Shown: positions 39,301 to 54,300, numbered from the stretch's first letter. The stretch: 64,000 nt of DNA from Lytechinus pictus (GCF_037042905.1 NC_087253.1:25048001-25112000), one strand, 5' to 3'. Notes: a model not told the origin generated them from the letters alone. Translations and numbers: made by a program.

Positions 39301-42300
39301 CAACTTACGTGTGGAAGGGCTGAAAGGATAAAAAGGATAGAAAAAGGATACCCAATTAGTACAGCATTTTCGTCAATTAACATTATTTCAATTAACTAGC
39401 CATACTATACGTCTTGTATTTCATATAAGGACTGTGATGTATCATTTGTCTTGGTAAAGATATCAGTCTTTGCAATAGAAATAAATATGAATTTAGTATT
39501 TCAAAGCATATTGTTGTTTCTGCCTAACACAAACTTTTGAAAATAGAAACTATCATCCTCAGACATTCCATTCAAATGTAAGCAATAACAAAAACATATC
39601 TTTCAAATCATATTTGTACATCAGATTGATTATCGAACAGATGAATACATTAGTAAGATAAAAATTGAGGGAAGCAATCAATTAAACAAATAGGAATTTT
39701 ACTGACTAGTCGTAACAAGCTCCTGAAATTCTTGCATCTAATTAGCCCAGAGCAAAACACTTCCCTGGCCCTGGGGTTACCAATTTGAATAATTGTATGA
39801 TTTAGACTTTAGAATCTAAATCATTTTCCAATACAAATGAAAAAATTTAACTGTATGCTATCTAAGTAAGATGTGAAAGCATTGTTCATTAGTTCAAGAA
39901 AATAATTTGATGTACAAAAAATTCCAAACTCATTGATTTTTAGTTTAAAAATAATGTATTGAGGCATATTGTTTGTGGTCTGGTTGTCAAAACTTGTTAC
40001 CTGGCAATGTGAATTCCAACTGATGTCTTTATAGCTAGACTGTACCTTGCATGTACTTTTGCCAAAACTGATCAATAGGAAAATAGCATCGAAGGGTAAC
40101 AAAAGTATCAAATGGGCCCCATTTTGTTACAGATTCAAATTAAACTCAAACTGATTAGATCTAATAAACTTTCTATCTCTTAAAGGGGAATCCAGCCTTG
40201 GCCATAAAATGTTGTGTTGGGAAGGAGAAAAATAAACAGAATGGTGAAAGTTTGAAAGAAATCGGACAAGCAAAAAGAAAGTTATAGCTGCTTTAAAATT
40301 GAGATCACTAATATTATGTAGATTTCAAATTGGCAATTGAGTAAGTAAATTAAGACACGGGGCAAGGACAACTTTCCCATAGGCCATGTACTTTATTATC
40401 ATGGATTTGTGGTATTCTCCTAAGTACCCATTCCCCTGGGGCAGTAATCTAAATATAACCCCGGTCGTATATTGTTTTATGTCCTCATGAAAGAAAAATA
40501 TAATTTGAAATAAAACTTTTAGGGAAAATGACATTTTAGCCATAATATGTATTGGAGTACATGGAAGAGTAGTTCTTGCCTTACATCACTATGACTTCCC
40601 ATATGCGGCCAATTTGAAGTCTCCTTGGGTATAGTGATTACCAACGTTCTCGCCAGGTTCAGTTTCAAGGTTGTCGTAGCGAAGCTCCGACGTGCCGCGC
40701 AGCGGCCTCGATGCGTGCGAAGCACGCATAGGGGGGTGGGTGCGGGAGGGCGGATGTGCCCCCCTCCCTCGCGAAGCGCGGTTAGCTTTTGACATTATCC
40801 GTATCGAAGAGCTTATATTGCAGCTAAATGCATCACATTAACCACTTTGCTGCGGCGGATAAATGATTTTTTTCGGCGGCTTCGGCATTGAATTCTATCA
40901 GCTAATTACACACAGGTCACAGCGCAATGTTGAACTGACAAACGAGCCGAGATTCTCGGCGAGTGGCGAGAGTTCGTGCCCCAACGTCTACCGAGCCTTG
41001 CCGTGGAATCCTGACCATGTGGCCGTCTATTCGATTGCGTTGGTGGAATATTTGTCAATTATTAAAATTGTAGGCCTATTACTGTTCCATGTCTCGTAAT
41101 CTGCATCAATGAAGAATTAAAAAGTTATTCCTTGTTTGTAACCTTGTCCGTATTAGATGTAGATTTATCTCTCTAGTACTAAGTTAGTAGTAGCCCCTTT
41201 CCTTGCAAACCGCACAAGAACCCTGCCGTTATCGTCAAAGACTTAGTGATAATCCTTCGATCGATCAAAAGGCGCAGCTAGCGCACAGGCGAAGGCTTCA
41301 AGATCTTTTTCATTAGCTATTATTTTGCGTCTTTCGATTCAACTTTACAGTTGGATTGGACGCAGTTAATTTATAACAAATGGAATAATTATATGTATTA
41401 CGAAATCGCATTTTAATGATATCACTCGTTATTAAAAGAAAATGGGAAATTCAAGAATCTACACCTTTGGTTTTCATGTTAAAACTGAGGAAGAAAGACT
41501 GAAAGAGAGTGAGAGCAAGAGAGACACTGAAAGGTCCGAACTTGATTAAAATGAGATCAACTTGATACTCACTCTGTCATGGGTCTTTCATAATCACAAA
41601 ACACGATGCATACTCATTTATTTTATGGGAAAGACTTACTGAATCGTATTTTTTGTCAAACATCTAGGTCTAACTTTTAACAAGAATACAAATCACAATT
41701 TGAGAAAAAGTAACGACTAAATATGACCATAAATAGGTCTATGATATGACATAATCATGATCGAATACACCTCTCTTTTCCAAGTACCGCTGTTCATTCT
41801 GTGTGTCCTAAAAAGGCACTGACTGACAATAAATCCCTTATTCCCAAGGGCCTCATGAGCTTGACCACAGCCAAGGATTTTCACTGCGTAATCATGATTC
41901 GGATCATTCAATTAAGTAGGGCACGCGCCTTTGTTTACAAAACATGCCAAACATGATGCTTGTCTGCAAGTCTGCATATTCAGACTCTATTTTGCTTTGA
42001 ATTTTCTCTAAATCCGCGATTACAAGTTTTCTCAGGTTCTCATCTTTGAATCGAATCATTAGCGATATGTTGATTTAGATATACAAGTAAATTCAATATT
42101 ACAGTTACAGGTTATTGGTTAACAGTACAGTGCAGCCGAATTGAAGATTAAAATTAAAGCAATTGCAAGTGTGCGTTATAGAGAAAGACTAATCACCAAT
42201 TGAACGTGGTTACCAACCAAGGAAAGAAGAAGTGGTCCGATTTCTCCCCACGTGGACATCGTGGCAAATCCACATTCATGGCGAGTCTGCCCTTAGTTAC

Positions 42301-45300
42301 GATGCCGGTGGCGCATGGATGGTCAGTACCTATTCATACTTATTATCATCAACGGACCCATTTATCCCTATTTATTGACATGTTCATGATGTGATTCTAT
42401 TTTGTATTTCTATTTTGTGGTAGTGCGGTATTTCTCATCGAAATCATCTTCAGGATTATATTACCGACCAAGGCAATGTATTTCATCGAACGAGCGAATT
42501 TCGAGAAATTGCATTCTAACAACATTCCCTATTATGCGCGGGAATATGTCCTTAGAGAAGGGTAGGGGTTGCCTTCTGATTTTCCGAGTGAAAATTGGGA
42601 AGGAGGGAGAAAGAGAAAGAATTGTAAGAAAAGTAGGAAAAACAGGAGAGGTTCGGGCGGGTCGTATTATTCTGATATCTCTATAATTCACAAAATACAT
42701 TACAGAAAATCACATTGTCTTACGGCTATTGCCCCCTCCGCATTTCAAGTCAAATATCCTGGCACTCAATGCTCCTGCCCTGCATGCCCCATTGAATTTC
42801 AATCAGAATATGGCAAAAACGGGAATTTATCTTTTTTTTCTCAGAGTGATAAAACGGCTTATTATTGATTTTGTATTTGTTGTTTTTTTAACTGCAACTT
42901 TCGAGGATTTAATATTAACCAAGAACGACTGGTTTAATAATAGTGTCCATCTGAAAACTAGATAAAGACTCAAGCATTGTTTTTGGCAGATGATGACATA
43001 TCCCCACTTGTTCTTATGTATTTTATTAAGGCGGCAATTGCCCTCACGAATACAATTTTTGAGCGAAGAGGAGAGAGGCCACTGCCGCCAAACACGGAGT
43101 CTCGTTAGAAAAAAAAGAAAAGGGGGAGAGACGGAGAGATATCCGCTCTGGGCGATATGCATGCAGCGCATGCTGCACAGTCATGACAGTGGGCCTTTCG
43201 AGCGAGTTGCACGCACGCTAAATAGTAAGGGCACTGATCGAGCGAAAAGCCAGTGAATGGAGAGAAGACGGAATTTAGGAGGGTTCTCTGCTCGAAACCG
43301 AAGCAGACTCAGTGGCGAGGCTCAAATTTCTGACAAGTATGTCTTAAAAACAAAACTTTCATGATGAATCTCGTTCATTTCAAAACTTAGTAATGACAAT
43401 ATCTAGCGTGTTTCACGGTTGTCGGTCAGGGTTGTCGGGGACATTCACGGTTGTCGGCCAAGGCTCACAAAACTTTCACGGTTGTCGGCGGCCGACAAAG
43501 GTGACGCGTGTTGGCGAGAACGTTGGTGATTACCAATATTTACAACTTTTAAAAATTCATAACTTTCTTGTTGTTTGTCCAATATTGTTCAAACTTTCAC
43601 CTATCAACTTGTCTGATTTTTCTGTTCCTTATTTAAACAAGTTTTTATTTGGGTTGGATTCCCCTTTAACTACACAAATCTCAATCAACTTCAAATGGAG
43701 ATTTATTTGAATTTATCGCAACTCTTTGTATGAGAGGGGCCAGGTTGGTATCTCACAAAGCTGTTTGAATATCATTTAGCACAAGAAAGGGTCACCATTC
43801 ATATGTAATATCATGCTTTAAGCCATGTGTTACTTTGTGCGTAATTTACAAACAGCTTTATGAAAAGGCCCCAGGGGAGTGTTTCATCAACATTTTCATC
43901 CGACAAGTTGTCAGATCTGACATCTTTCTCTGATGTTGATTGGCTGAGAGGTACTGTTACTATGGTAACTGTCGGATAAAATGGGACTTGTCAGATAAAA
44001 CGTCCGACAAGTCCTTTCATGAAACGCCCCCCAGATGTGTCAAAAATATTATGAAATCTTCCTTTATTTCAGCTTGATTGGCATCATGATTATTTTGCAG
44101 ATAAGGTAAACAAGATTAAATATGTACTTACCGTTGTGACCTCTCCAACCCTGAGGTTGATAGGTTCATCTTCATAGTTGAAGGTATCGCTCTCAGATGC
44201 CTGAAAACCGGGAGGTTCATAGTCCATAGGCGTTACTGCAGAGGTGATAAATTCACCAGTGAATAGTTATATTATATTGGATGGCTCAGTATGCGATATA
44301 AGAAATATTCAACAAGTTAGGGAATATTGTCAGAAATATTGCACAATTCAAAGATGAGTGCAACATTGGCAACTATCAAGTGGAATTTTTCTGCCATCAC
44401 ATGATGGAAAAGCATGAAATATCAATTGTTATCATCTTCAATGATCATTATTCATCAGACTGAGCAATAATTTTCTTTAGCAAACATTATCCTGCACTTA
44501 ACCCAGGTGAGGTAAATGGGTAAGCTGCAGGAATTTATTCCTTGAAAAACTGTGCATAACACCTGCTCTGCTGAAGCCAGGTTAATTACTAGAATGCTGA
44601 TTACAGTAGAGCACTTTAGAGACCTCTGATAAGTATTAAGCACTATGCAAGCAAGTATAATTATTCGGGGTCCAGCGTATGTTGCAATACGCTCTGAAGC
44701 CTCTGATAATACACAGGAAAATCATTATGACCTAAATATATATTTTTTTTATTGATCGGAGTCCAAACATACCATCATCATAGTAAAGTAGTTTCATAGT
44801 CATCATGACATCATCAGGGAGAAGCTTGAGGGACTGTGTCAGTACTAAGATGGTCCTGAGGAGTTGAAGGGTTGCTCTCTTGGTCTGGGCCTCTGTGTGA
44901 GCCCCTGTAATCTTCTCTTTATTCCTATATCAATATTTAGATTATTTCAATTCAATTCATTTTTTACTCAATTAATTTATATCCACTTTTTCCACAATAG
45001 CATTCAGAATACCTATCCATAATAATTGCAGGTCCCAAAACGCTCAAAATAATTATTACTGTATACATTGCGTAACACATACAGAGAGAGGGACTGTGTC
45101 AATACTCTGATGGTCCTGAGAAGCTGGACTCCTGCTGGGCCCCGTCTTACAAAGAGTTACGATTGATCCGGTCAATCGCAACTATGGACGGCCAGCAACG
45201 TCAACATCTATTCTGCATGTTTGTTCAAAATATTTTTTAGCTATGACGTATATTCATGCATTCCATTGTTTTCTTGAAAATTGACTGTGCTTCTCTTTGC

Positions 45301-48300
45301 ATACAAAGGACATTGTGCATATTTTTTGTAGAAAAAAATTATGACACTAATGGATTTCCATAGTTACATTGATTGGATCAATTGGATCCTCTTTGTAAGA
45401 CGGGGCCCTGGAGGCTTGCTCTCTTGTTCTTGTCCCCACAATCTAACAATATCCAATTGTTTAAAGTACAAAAATGAATATAAAATTAATGATTGTCGTC
45501 AATTTGAGGAGCAACGGCAAGAACTTATGAACGCTCTGAACCTTTATGGATTGAAACGAGTATTCTTAAAACTTTACATACCTGTAGATATCAACATCTG
45601 GTCCATGTTTGGAATAGCTGAACTTGAAAGTGTATGTCTCAATAGCAGTCTGAAAAGTTAAGAAGAAGAGATATAGGACTAGCATAATATTTCAATAACA
45701 TTTCCAAGTCTGTGTAGAGTTCCCCAAGTAATGTTTTAGTGACAACAGTTTATTGCTTTAAAACAGCAATATATTCTTCACATTTAACATTTCTATTCAT
45801 GGTTAAGTCCAAAATGTATTAATAGTAACATTTTTCCAAATATTTTCTCTAATTTTTCAATAACTATTGTAATATAATGTTCATTTTGATACAATTCATA
45901 GAATATTATTGCTGCAAGTTGTATAAAATATTTTCTTCACCATAGGCCTACATGTAGCCATTCATTTTGATATAAAAAGTTTCCATAATTCTTCGCTTCA
46001 TTAACAATGATAGTTTTGTTATATTTTCGTACTCATCATTATAGACATCCTTATAGACAGGGAATCTTATATTAAGTCTTCAGTCTTATACCAGACTATA
46101 GTTAAAGCAAGACATTTTTATTTAAGTCAAAAATCCGAAAACAAAAGGGGTCTAATTGCAATATAAACCTATCTGCTTACATTTTAAAATTACGGCATAT
46201 CATTTTATATCATCTTACTTTGTGACTGAGATAATGTTTACTTACATTAGGATCACTTGGGTCAGTATACATCTGGTGATGGTAAAAACAGAGTTTGTTA
46301 TCTTTCATCTACATATATTAGGAATACCTTATTTATAATTTACAGACAGACATATTTTTATTTTTCCCCAGTGCAATCACACAATTATGAGAATGGTTAT
46401 AATCAGTGGTCCGTAACACAAAGCTTAGCAATGATCGTAGAACATTTTTCTACAATTGATTCCATCGACTACATTGTAAAATCAATCGTAAGAATCAAGT
46501 GTACGATTAATCGCAAACCTTTGTGTTACGGGACTCTTATCTGCAAGATGTTTTTAGGGGGAAAATCAAGGAACATTGACAAAAAAAACAATTACATATT
46601 TTTTTATGATTAGGTACAATGTAATTCGCAATCAGTCATATATCCTCTTAAAAATTCTAATGACAGTGTACTAGCAAAACTTTAAACAAAACTACAATAT
46701 TGATCCATCATGACACAAGCTATTTTCTATTAATTGTACAAGTAATATGTGCTTGCATGAGAAAAAACAAAATAACATAAGTTATATAAAAAAGGGTATT
46801 TCTCTGTTTTTAATTCTTTAAAGAAATACTCTGTTTATAATTTTTGTTCTTTTATTTTACTCATGGAAGCACACATTACTTTATCCCCAAAGAATCATTT
46901 TGCAGCTACCAATATATAAGATTACTGTTATCCCACATATATTATTTTTCTACTCTCTTTTTAAATTTCACCATATGACAATTATTTTATTATTTTCACA
47001 TGTCATTTGTTATCATTACTGATATTGTATATATTGTGTATTTTACTTTGTAACAAAAATCACATTTCAGCCTTTGGCTGCAATGAAATTTTCTTTAATA
47101 ATAAACCACTTAAATTTTAATTAACTTCCTCAACTTCATAAAATATTCCCATTCCTTTATATTTAAAAAAAAAGTAATATGGATCCAAATCAAAAGATTT
47201 GCTGAAATACATCATGCGACCAGTCATTTATTTTACCCGAGAGAAAAATTTGAGACTAATAATACTCATACTAATATGCAACAATTATAGCGCTTAATAC
47301 AATGTTTCCAAGCACTGCATACTATTACCCCAGCTATAGCAAGGCTATCCTGACCGGACGATTGAGTGTTCAAGAAATTCCTTCCTAACAGGTACCCATT
47401 TACTACACCTGGGTGGAGAGTGGCAAATGTAGATAAACGCCTTCCAAAAGGATGCGAGTGCGATTTGGGATTTGAACCCCAGACCATGTGGTTCAAAGTC
47501 TGGAGACTTATCCACTGAGCCACAACACCTTTACTAATGACTAGTGATATTGATGGATCATGTTTTCGAGAAAAAAATAGTTTATCAAATAACAGGGATC
47601 CACATCACTATCTTTTAAAGGCCACCGCACACCTTACGACTGTTCGCGATCTGATTTTGGAACAAATCGCACTTTCTAATTTTCTGAAAATGTGAATGGA
47701 ACATATCTTTTTATTTGACGTTAAAATTAATTGAAAGAATGCTAATATACCGCAGCCATTTTGAAAGATTGTAAACCTTTATTTTGGAGTAAAGGCCAAA
47801 TTAGTTTCAAATCAAGTCATTTTGACTAGATATTAAATTCGCTTTTATTCTAAGAAGGATGATAGCATAGTCACAGATTTGAACATAGGTATTCGTACAA
47901 TGATTTTGAACCTTACACAGTAAGATATTCCAAGTCTCAATATTAGCATGAAATTCTCAACATTTTATTCTGAAATCGGGTCGCAGACCAATCGTAAGGT
48001 GTGTGTTCGCCTTAAGACATAGGAGGATTTAGCTCAGGCATTGATTAGGATAATTACATGTATGTAATCAGTGTAAACAGTGTTGGGCTAATCCTGTATT
48101 CTATTTTATGAAACACAATGAAATGACCATTACACCATTCATACTTTTTTAGGTATCTAAGAAATACAAGCCCTGGTGGGTGTTTCATAAAGCTGCTCGT
48201 AAGATAAGAGCGACTTTAAGAACGACTGGTGATCCTTTCTTTTGGTAAATGGTATACACCATACATGCCATAGACGATGGTTTAGCGCGTAAGAAAGGAT

Positions 48301-51300
48301 CACCAGTCGTTCTTAAAGTCGCTCTTAACTTACGAACAGCTTTATGAAACGGGCCCCTGATTTTAATTTAGGTTTCACTAGTTTTGTTTTTCTGCAGAAG
48401 CCTCTTTTCCAATTTATTGTACAAAGTAGTCATTGAATACTTTGTTATTTTCCAGACATGCTTATTTTATCAACTTTGTATTGTAATCTAATTATACTTT
48501 GTGTATCATGTATGAATTATTATGGATTATGATTATTATTCTTTGTTTATCATGTATGTATTATTATGAAGTATGATCATAATTATTCTTTGTTTTATTA
48601 TGAATTGTAAATGAAACAAGAGTGGGAAAAAATTAATTGAAATCAAACCAAATCAAATCGATTATTTACACTTGCTACCTTTGAAGCAATTCAAACTCCT
48701 ATATCAATACCTCAGGATGTTAGAACTGTTCCAACCCAGGTAAAAAAACCAGTTGAAACCAGTTGAAATTTTAACTGGTTTCAACTGGAGTCAACTGGTA
48801 CCAGTTGAAACCAATTGGCACAACTGGTAAACTCCCACCATACCAGTATATTCCAGTTGAAACCCATTGTCCCAACTGGACATGCTGAAAACATACAAGT
48901 TTATTCCAGTTGAAACCAATTAACTATACTGGTATAAATTAGTACACCAGTTAATACCAGTTAAACCAATAGGCCTTTCTGGTTTATCTACCAATAGATT
49001 CCAGTTTAAAACCCATTAGCCAAACTGGACCATTTGATGCCAGTTGGAACCCATAGAAACCCAATAGGTGTATATACCAGTTAATGCCACCTTAAACCCA
49101 TAAACCATACTGGTATATCATTAAACCAATTGATACCAGTTAGAACCAACATGCATTACTGGTATACCTACCAGTTGATTCCAGTTAAAACCCATTAACC
49201 AAACTGGATCAGAGTGTTCCAGTTGGAACCCATAGACCTCCCATAACCCCACTTGAAACCCATTAACCATACTGGAATATCAAACCAATGGATACCAGTT
49301 AGAACCAATATAGGCATTACTGGCATATCTACCAGCTGATTCCAGTTAAAAGCCATAAACCATACTGGAGCAGATTATACCAGTTGGAACCCATATACCT
49401 CCCATAACCCACTTGAAACCCATTAACCATACTGGAATTTCAAACCAATTGATACCAGTTAAATCCAGCATACATTACTGGTATACTACCAGTTGATTCC
49501 AGTTAAAAGCCATAAACCATACTGGACATATTTTACCAGTTGGAACCCATAAGTTGGAACCCATAGACCTACCATAACCCACTTGAAACCCATTACCATA
49601 CTGGAATATCAAACCAATTGATACCAGTTAGAACCAATAGGCATTACCAGTATATATCTACCAGCTGATTTCAGTTAAAACCCATAAACCAAACTGGAAC
49701 AGATTTTACCAGTTGGAACCCATAGGCCACCCATAACCCACTTGAAACCCATTAACCATACTGGAATATCAAACCAAATGATACCAGTTAGAACCAATAG
49801 GACTTACCAGTTGATTCTAGTAAGAACCTGTATATACATATATAATATATACATATATAATATATACATATATAATATATACATATATAATATATACATA
49901 TATATATATGTATATAAGAGGCAGAGTGGTAATGCATTGTACTTATTTCCAACAGAGTTTATATATACATGTATATATGTATATATATTATATAAGAACT
50001 ATGTTTTCATACCTTTGTTGTTTTATTTGTCGCTTCTCTTAAACTGTAACTGACTTTTGAAATATTTTTGTAATTGTTGATATCTGCAGTAATCATTCAA
50101 ATTTCTTACCCGACAAGTCACTGGATCAATATAGCTGTAACCCACTTTACATTAATATTTATATTTTTTGTACAGATCCTATTACTTCAAAGTCCTCTTA
50201 TCTTTGTTTTTAATTCCTTTTAAAATAATTCTTTATGATTATCATTCATGAATGTGTTTCCTATAACTATTATTATTGTAACCATCAACACAGCGTTACT
50301 TTTCTTAAAAAAGCAAGTATTATTTCATACAATCCACTCTTTAATCTACATGTATTGTTATTTATTCAACATTGGTTAAATATATATTTATGTGAAAATG
50401 TTCATTATGTTAAAGGTATATACATTTAGCCTACTCCCAACCTTTGCCCGTTCCTGCTTTTGACATTACCTCCCCCCCCCCCTGTATACTTTTCTTTTTG
50501 TATCCCCTTTCCAATATTATACATTAGTATACTTTGTTATTTTTTTGTTGCTTATTTGTTTACTGAAATTTTGCTCTGTACAAATTCATGAAATTCAGCC
50601 TTTTACCACAATAAATGCCATGCATTTATCCATCCTATATATATATATATATATATATACGTTGTTGTGATTAAAACAGCTCGATTGAGGATAAGAGGAA
50701 AAAAATATCTACATAATAACGAACTTAATTATTCTTTATGTTAATTTTAATATTTCCACCTTGAAAAGTTTCATTAAAGTATGTGGTTCGATATTACCAT
50801 ATAACTTAAATCGAAACATGTTATTCTCAGTGAAATTTTCTAGTTTACATTTAAAAAATTGTTATCCTAGATATTTGTTGCGAGAAAAAATATTTCTTCC
50901 TATTTAATCCCTTTTTTCTAATTTAAGTTAAAGAGGACTATTTTACACTATTTTTTCAAATCATATAAAAATTAGTGTATTTTTCTTTTTTTTAACTCAC
51001 TGATATTTTAAAAATATTTTTGAAGGTGAATAGAATAGCTATTTTTTTCTATTTATAACGCGCATATTTATTGCTAGTTTACAACCTTGTCATGTTAAGC
51101 AAGGCTATCTTTATCTTTCAAAGAAAAAGAAAATAAATGAAATAGAAATAAAGAACAAATATTAAGCTAATTCATTCTTAAACTTCCAAAGAAAAAAAAA
51201 AAGCTCCAAAAGCTGAGGCAAAAATCGTCATTTCTAGACTGGTTGCCAACTAAAACCAAACAAGAAGAAATTTTTTATGTTAAGAAGTTCGTATATATCT

Positions 51301-54300
51301 ATTTTAAAACTTCTTTCTTGCTTTAGACCCCCCCCCCCCTTCATTATTCCTGACTCAGCAGATCTTCCTTCAATCAACGGGCGCGGGCGGGCCTGCGCAT
51401 GCGCACTGAGTGCCACTGATCGCTATCGTCCGTATAATTATGCAAATTAACCAGCCGCCAAAAGCAAACGCAAACCGCCAGTCCGCCAATCTAATTTGAA
51501 TTTGAAATAGCCATCTTCGCCGCGCCGTTAATTTGCACTGCACTTTTATAGAGTACGATAAAGAAGGGTAAAGAAGGCCGTTTTAATAATAATTCAACCA
51601 CTGAAATCACACGGACCAGATTTGGACAATGACTTGAAAGCTAAGACATTCGCAGTAGGCTCTACAGGTAAGTTAACAATTTTCTATGATTTTCTTTTCG
51701 TAGTTTGTTAAATGGCGCGGCTCGCAGCTAGCTGCGGGGCTAGCTGTAACGTTAGAGTTCGTCAGGACATCCTATTACTGCCCCTCAGCGCTGCCTGCCG
51801 GCCGCGACTACTCGGGCGTGGATGTGTGGCTGCCATGCCGGTGCAAGTCTGCGCACATACATCATATTGACCTTACGATTTGTGTTAAGATTTAACATGA
51901 ATTTCTTTTCATTTCACAAAATCTTTCAGTTGATATTGTTCCATATATTGTTATAAGTAAGTACCGGTATGCAAAATAAATCTATTTAGAAAATGAGAGA
52001 GATATGTGATCGAATGTGAAACTGATTTTCTTGGGAAAAATCTGAGACTCGGCCAGTTATGATTTTCAATTTCAGATTTAACATTATGATAGTTGCCAGT
52101 GCCTCGTGTCTGCGCACCAATAACTTTACACACGATTTGAGGATTTTGATGAGAATCACATGAAATGCCGAAAATCGAAATTCATTATTTTTTCCACCAT
52201 TTTAAGAGTCAGATTTTTTCATGAATAGCTGTTTATCACTTTTTGACTGTGTGTATTTCAGGAGCTAGGAGAGAGGGAGACCCAAAACCACCTGGAGTCA
52301 TACTGAGCCTCGAGGAGGAGATGAAGTCAGTGAACATGACCTAGGGGGCAGCTGGGGTACCGGTAGTTTCCAGAAGAAGGCCCAGCTCAGAACCGCCAGG
52401 AGTGGAGATCCGAATACTTCGTTGCTGCCCTCCATGCGAGGAGGCTGTAAGTTAGGTAATTCAGATGTCAAGTTTTCTTTTGGGGTCTTTGTGTATCTTC
52501 TATTATGAGAATTATGGAAAAGAGATGGTGATTTCATAGTTTTAAAGATGTAAAACAGGGGCCGCGGAACCGGGGGAGCTGGGGGGGCTTCAGCCCCCCC
52601 ACTTTTTTCCAAAACCGTGTACAAAAACGTAAAAATTACCATAAGATTGTGATTTTTAGCATGGTCAGCCCCCCCACTTTGAAAACCGTTCCGCGGCCCC
52701 TGTAAAATATGAAATTCTAGCACTTTTTTTAGGCCTAATAATTTTTTTTGAGGAGCGCGATATTTTTGTACATGACCCAAGCCTAGTTTCACCACAGATT
52801 AATTAATAGCTACACAGCTGTTGCATTTACAATTTTAATAACAATCTACAACAATTGAGCATTTTATAAAATTGAGTGTGTCTAGGAAAGCAAATTCGGA
52901 GGAGCTCGATTGAGCTCCTCAAAAACATAAGGAGAGCCATTTATTGAGCTCCATGGAATTATAAACATGAAGGACTGATCTCTGCGACATCGATTTCAGA
53001 AGTATTCCCAAGACCAAGTGAACTTACTCATTTTTTAAATAAATATGATGATGTGCTGTTTATCATTATAGTTTAATCATTGATTCACAATCCCATGTAT
53101 TTTTCTTAATGTGCAAATGGAATTTTACAACACTTTGTAGTAACCCTTGCTCGCCTTAGGTGTAGACATGTATTGCTATTCACTGTAATATAGACGTATT
53201 TGTTATTCACTGTTCACCGTACTGATTATTTTTCTCTCCATTGTTTAAAAAAAAATTCTTCAGATACATCGCATCTACCAGCAAAGAATGTGTGCCAGTA
53301 AAGGAAAGGAATGTACCTGTCGCACATGAACTCTTCAGAGGCAGTGAGGACAACAAGATCTGCAAGCAAGTGATCCTTTTTGTAAGAAAATTTCCAATTT
53401 GTACATTTTACAATTAATTTTTTTTAAAGCCTTTGTACACATTTAGAGTATCAAGGCTTACAAAATGTAAAAATGTAATGTTTGCCCAAAAATCATTATG
53501 GGGAAAGGTGGATTTCCGAGGGAAATCTATCTTTGTTTACACAGTTGTATGAGCAACCTTATAGGAGGCTTGTCTAGGCTCCGTGATGAAAATACAATGT
53601 AAAAATGATAAAATTATCTTCATGGAGTCCTCTAGGCTAGCCAGTGACATGGGTCCATGCCCATCAATTTTAATTCATGCTTTTGCATAACCAAATGGCG
53701 TGAATTTAAAACTGGAAGTATAATTTCAGATTGACCTCCGAAATGAAACGTGCACAATTAGTCTGAACTAAAATAACATTTCCTGAATTTTTCTTAAATC
53801 TGGAGGCTGAGGTATTTTTGTATCTTTGAAATTAAATTGGTTCTCGTTGTTTTTACCTCTGACTTACCAGTATGTGTAGGGATACCATAGAAGTAGAATT
53901 AAAGGGATGGTCCAGGCTGGAAACATATCTCAATAAATAGAGTAAAATTCACAGAGCAAAATGCTGAAAACTTGATCAAATTGGATAACTAATTAAGGTT
54001 TTGAATTTTAAAGATTTGCATTATTCCGGTGAAATAGTTCTAGGCATGTCTTTATGAATATTCATTAGGTTGACTGATGATGTCATATCCCAATTGCCCT
54101 TTTGTATTTTATTATATGAGATTAGGTTTATTAAGATATTTTTAACCAAGAACTATTGACAATTGGATTGACAACTGATTAGGTGCATTAGTTATTGACG
54201 CAACTTATTTCATTACAATGGAGACGCATCATTTACACATGTATGAAAAAATCAAACATTTATGATTTCATCTAGTAACATAAAAAAAGGAAAGTGGAGA

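Noticed and set aside
42200-42394. GKST P-loop-like peptide in a short ORF
   Set aside because: Spacing does not fit GxxxxGK[ST]; short ORF inside a non-coding transposon.
50110-50134. Candidate small HORMAD exon (ttacag|CTATATTGA...|gtaaga)
   Set aside because: In-frame stop, poor pyrimidine tract, lies inside the transposon; the true 27-nt exon is at 46246-46272. A rare poison exon cannot be fully excluded.
52298-52795. 165-aa minus-strand ORF
   Set aside because: Runs through a MITE also present at 62867-63012; no recognisable domain.
53040-53230. Box C/D snoRNA (ATGATGA...CTGA)
   Set aside because: No terminal stem or recognisable rRNA guide; the duplicate copy lacks the matching box D.
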